Assembly (NCBI GenBank): GCA_964354025.1
Contig: CAYGXQ010000005.1
Span: 3,366 to 67,365 of the forward strand
DNA: 64,000 bases
Direction of reading: 5' to 3'
From: an uncultured Gammaproteobacteria bacterium
GTDB lineage: Bacteria; Patescibacteriota; Microgenomatia; 2-02-FULL-39-11
Shown: in pieces, positions 61,745-64,000 of the stretch
How the letters are laid out: the number at the start of each line of letters is the position of its first letter
How positions within the stretch are numbered: the first letter of the stretch is position 1
Made by a program: the position numbers and the translations under genes
Notes under the pieces: generated by a model
The model's database searches: none
What the model was told of the DNA's origin: nothing
The model's input: only the letters and a program-made list of their open reading frames with translations

Positions 61745-63666
61745 ATTACCAAAGGTGTCCTATCTGGGACACCTCTAAGGTGTACTCTGTATTGACAGGC
61801 TGGCAAATAGTCTGTAGTCTGGAATTAGACGTGAAAAAGATAATTTCTTATATCACGGTTTTTGTTTTTTTTGTCATTTCTGCCCTTCTCGTCACAATCA
61901 CCAAATCAGGGAAACCCGTTTTTGCTCTTGTTGGTACGTATTATAATTATGCTTCTGGTATATCCTGCGATACAGTCTGCAGTAGAAATGAAGGGTATTG
62001 TGTTGGTACAAGCAATATGCATAAATGGGATCCAAATGGTGATGGTGCCTGCGCAGAGTATCCTTCAAGTTGTACAGATTTGATGACGGCCGGATATGGA
62101 ACATGCGGAGGTTATCAAAATCGTTGGAATCAGTGTACTTGCAGCAGTAGAAGTATTAAAGTCAATGAAGCATCCGGCAAGTCCTGCAATCAGATATGCG
62201 GCAGCGGCAACTGCGTCACTGTTGGCAATGATTCTTTGGCAAGGAATGGATTGAAATATCAATGGGACACTGGAGGAAACGGTTGTAATGCTCCTCCTCC
62301 GTCAAGTTGTTCCGACGTTATAAGGGAGCAGGGGGCCAACAAAACAATGTTTTGTGGAGGCCGTCATGTCGAATGGACCAATTGCTGGTGTGAAACGGCG
62401 CCGCCGGCAACGCCGACACCGACTGTTAGTTGTTCCTGTTCAGGTACAAATGACTGTATAGGCAAGTCGCCTCCCTGTGGAGGCACTTCCTGTGTCATCG
62501 GCACTTGCGGTTCGGTTCAGACGCCAACTCCCACCGCCACACCGACTGTCACAACGACACCGACGCCAATAAGAGGTACTTGTACCGATTCCGATGGAGG
62601 TTTAAATTACTATGTAAAAGGAGTAGTAACTCATAATGGCGTTGAGATCCCCACGGATTGGTGCAAAACCGCCACTACGGGAATAGCTAATACAATACCG
62701 GTGCTTGCAGGAAGATATTTGAATGAAGGAATTTGCCCTGATGCATATACTTTTTCAACTGTGAATTATGAATGTCCGAACGATTGTTATGATGGTGCGT
62801 GTTTATCAACCTTAACACAAACTCCCACTCCTACCCGGACACCTACACCAAGCCGTACAAATACACCTACTCCTACCAGAACGCCAACACCGGGAAGTTC
62901 GTCTTCTTATAATTGGGTAGATGTTTATCCAATACCAAATATGAAATCATGTAATACTATATGTCAGGAGCAGACCCCTTCCAGCCAATGTGGTAATGTA
63001 TGTGATGGTGGGTATGGATTCAAAATAGGTACATTTAACAGTTCATGCAATTACAGCGTGGATGTCATCAATTGCACTTCGTGCGCCGGTCTTCACCTGT
63101 ACTGTTGTTGCAATTCCTCAATTTCTCTTACCCCTACTCCAACCCCAACCACACCGGCCAATATTTCCCCAACGATTACGCCAACCCCTTATTGCCAATG
63201 CGACCTTTGGGCGGTGGTAGACGACCATTGCGCACCCAAATTTGCTTCCTGTACTGCCAAATATACCTGTGATTGTCTTAATCAATTGCCAACTGTCACT
63301 CCAACACCATCCGGATCAATCAGTCTCACACCAACTCCAACCATACCTGCCAATATCACTGTAACCCCTTCCCCTACCACGAATCCAAACATCTCTCCTA
63401 CCGTGACTCCCTCCCAGCCTCCAATCTCCGTCACTCCTACCATCACACCTCCGGCATCATGTACCCCTTGTGTAAAAAAGAACCAGGGTGACGCGGACTG
63501 CAACGAAGTGATTAACGGTGCTGATTACACTATCTGGAAATCTGATTTTCTTACCGGAGCAAGATTTACCAATGGCTGTCCGGCTTCGGATACGGCTGAT
63601 TTCAACAATAACGGCAGAGTGGACCTTCAGGACTTTGAGATCTGGCGGAAAAACAGTTATTTATAA
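61684..63666 (+). CDS. Secreted Cys-rich modular protein with Thr/Pro linkers and a C-terminal dockerin domain; probable start at the GTG near 61832 (VKKIISYITVFV...)
   Basis: Signal-anchor; repeated Cys modules (C.x.C...W..C.C) similar to the C-terminus of 1954-8778; C-terminal DCNEVINGADYTIWKSDF and DFNNNGRVDLQDFEIWRKN dockerin repeats. Confidence 0.65.
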   Translation: MVLHRRGSSISRISESAGVLNYQRCPIWDTSKVYSVLTGWQIVCSLELDVKKIISYITVFVFFVISALLVTITKSGKPVFALVGTYYNYASGISCDTVCSRNEGYCVGTSNMHKWDPNGDGACAEYPSSCTDLMTAGYGTCGGYQNRWNQCTCSSRSIKVNEASGKSCNQICGSGNCVTVGNDSLARNGLKYQWDTGGNGCNAPPPSSCSDVIREQGANKTMFCGGRHVEWTNCWCETAPPATPTPTVSCSCSGTNDCIGKSPPCGGTSCVIGTCGSVQTPTPTATPTVTTTPTPIRGTCTDSDGGLNYYVKGVVTHNGVEIPTDWCKTATTGIANTIPVLAGRYLNEGICPDAYTFSTVNYECPNDCYDGACLSTLTQTPTPTRTPTPSRTNTPTPTRTPTPGSSSSYNWVDVYPIPNMKSCNTICQEQTPSSQCGNVCDGGYGFKIGTFNSSCNYSVDVINCTSCAGLHLYCCCNSSISLTPTPTPTTPANISPTITPTPYCQCDLWAVVDDHCAPKFASCTAKYTCDCLNQLPTVTPTPSGSISLTPTPTIPANITVTPSPTTNPNISPTVTPSQPPISVTPTITPPASCTPCVKKNQGDADCNEVINGADYTIWKSDFLTGARFTNGCPASDTADFNNNGRVDLQDFEIWRKNSYL

Positions 63667-63965
63667 TATATTAAAGTCAGCGGAGTACCGCTTCTATCCG
63701 TAATCACCTTCCGCGGTTTGTTTCTCTCGTAATATTCACTCAAGCGGAACAGGGGGAAAAGAGACGGCCGGTTCAAAACCACTACCACTTCGCTTTCTTC
63801 AGGCGGTTTGGTATTTAACTTCTCCCAAAGATCAGGACGCAAATAATATCTTGCCAGAAGATCGGCCATCCGGCAGGAAACAACCGCTCCCTTCGGCGCA
63901 ACTTGGTTGACATAACCAATCGCCTCTTTGTAAGAAGATGCCCAGAAATCCGGATCCCTGTTCAC
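63657..63965 (-). CDS. Hypothetical ORF at the window edge
   Basis: ORF track only. The start is taken at the ATG at 63965, but the frame may continue past the window end. Confidence 0.3.
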   Translation of the reverse strand: MNRDPDFWASSYKEAIGYVNQVAPKGAVVSCRMADLLARYYLRPDLWEKLNTKPPEESEVVVVLNRPSLFPLFRLSEYYERNKPRKVITDRSGTPLTLIYYK

Positions 63966-64000
63966 CGCCAGGGCGTTATAGTAATTTATCTGGTAGGGAT

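Overview
This 64 kb window contains a few housekeeping genes: ndk, an M16 zinc peptidase, argS, a thermonuclease-family protein and a tRNA-Ser(UGA). Most of the window, however, is accessory, mosaic sequence. It contains several notable systems.

(1) A giant membrane-anchored YD/RHS-repeat protein of 2274 aa (1954-8778) ends in cysteine-rich modules.

(2) A minus-strand operon (13531-23743) encodes three proteins whose genes overlap by ATGA: a 2039 aa giant protein, an 872 aa protein with an internal GT51 peptidoglycan-transglycosylase domain, and a 493 aa membrane protein whose C-terminal domain resembles a degenerate class A beta-lactamase or transpeptidase fold. Large Pro-rich proteins lie upstream at 23940-28296.

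(3) An array of three Sec-signal, RHS-core, variable-tip toxin genes sits at 41169-46853. Two of the tips carry HExxH motifs. The array is interleaved with toxin-antitoxin (TA) modules and with palindromic operator-like modules.

(4) At least ten TA or abortive-infection-type modules are present: RelE/RHH, two small-WDYD-protein plus GGTAL-nucleotidyltransferase (NTase) pairs of which one is decayed, AbiEi/AbiEii, a minimal nucleotidyltransferase (MNT), PIN/AbrB, three BrnT/BrnA pairs and HicA/HicB.

(5) A TasA/camelysin-like, SipW-like signal peptidase, membrane-anchored secreted protein operon lies at 48265-51677.

(6) A MacA/MacB-type ABC efflux operon lies at 35989-39202.

(7) Two dockerin-bearing secreted proteins are present.

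The window also carries several dispersed short repeat families. A/T-rich heptanucleotide-periodic tracts span the start codons and signal peptides of the secreted toxins. The same kind of tract lies in-frame inside the M16 peptidase and argS, and at one hotspot in the RHS core of the toxin paralogs. Heptamer composite repeats of the (TAGCGTT)n / (CTAGACG)n type flank the ABC ATPase gene as inverted copies. A MITE-like element with GTCATTGCGA terminal inverted repeats carries a 16 bp palindrome that is also found in-frame in the toxin genes. Partial copies of the 3' end of a holin-family gene are spaced as if cassettes had been inserted serially into that gene end. No CRISPR array, rRNA gene, integrase or transposase was recognised.

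All calls rest on reading the six-frame translations and the nucleotide sequence by eye. No database search was run.
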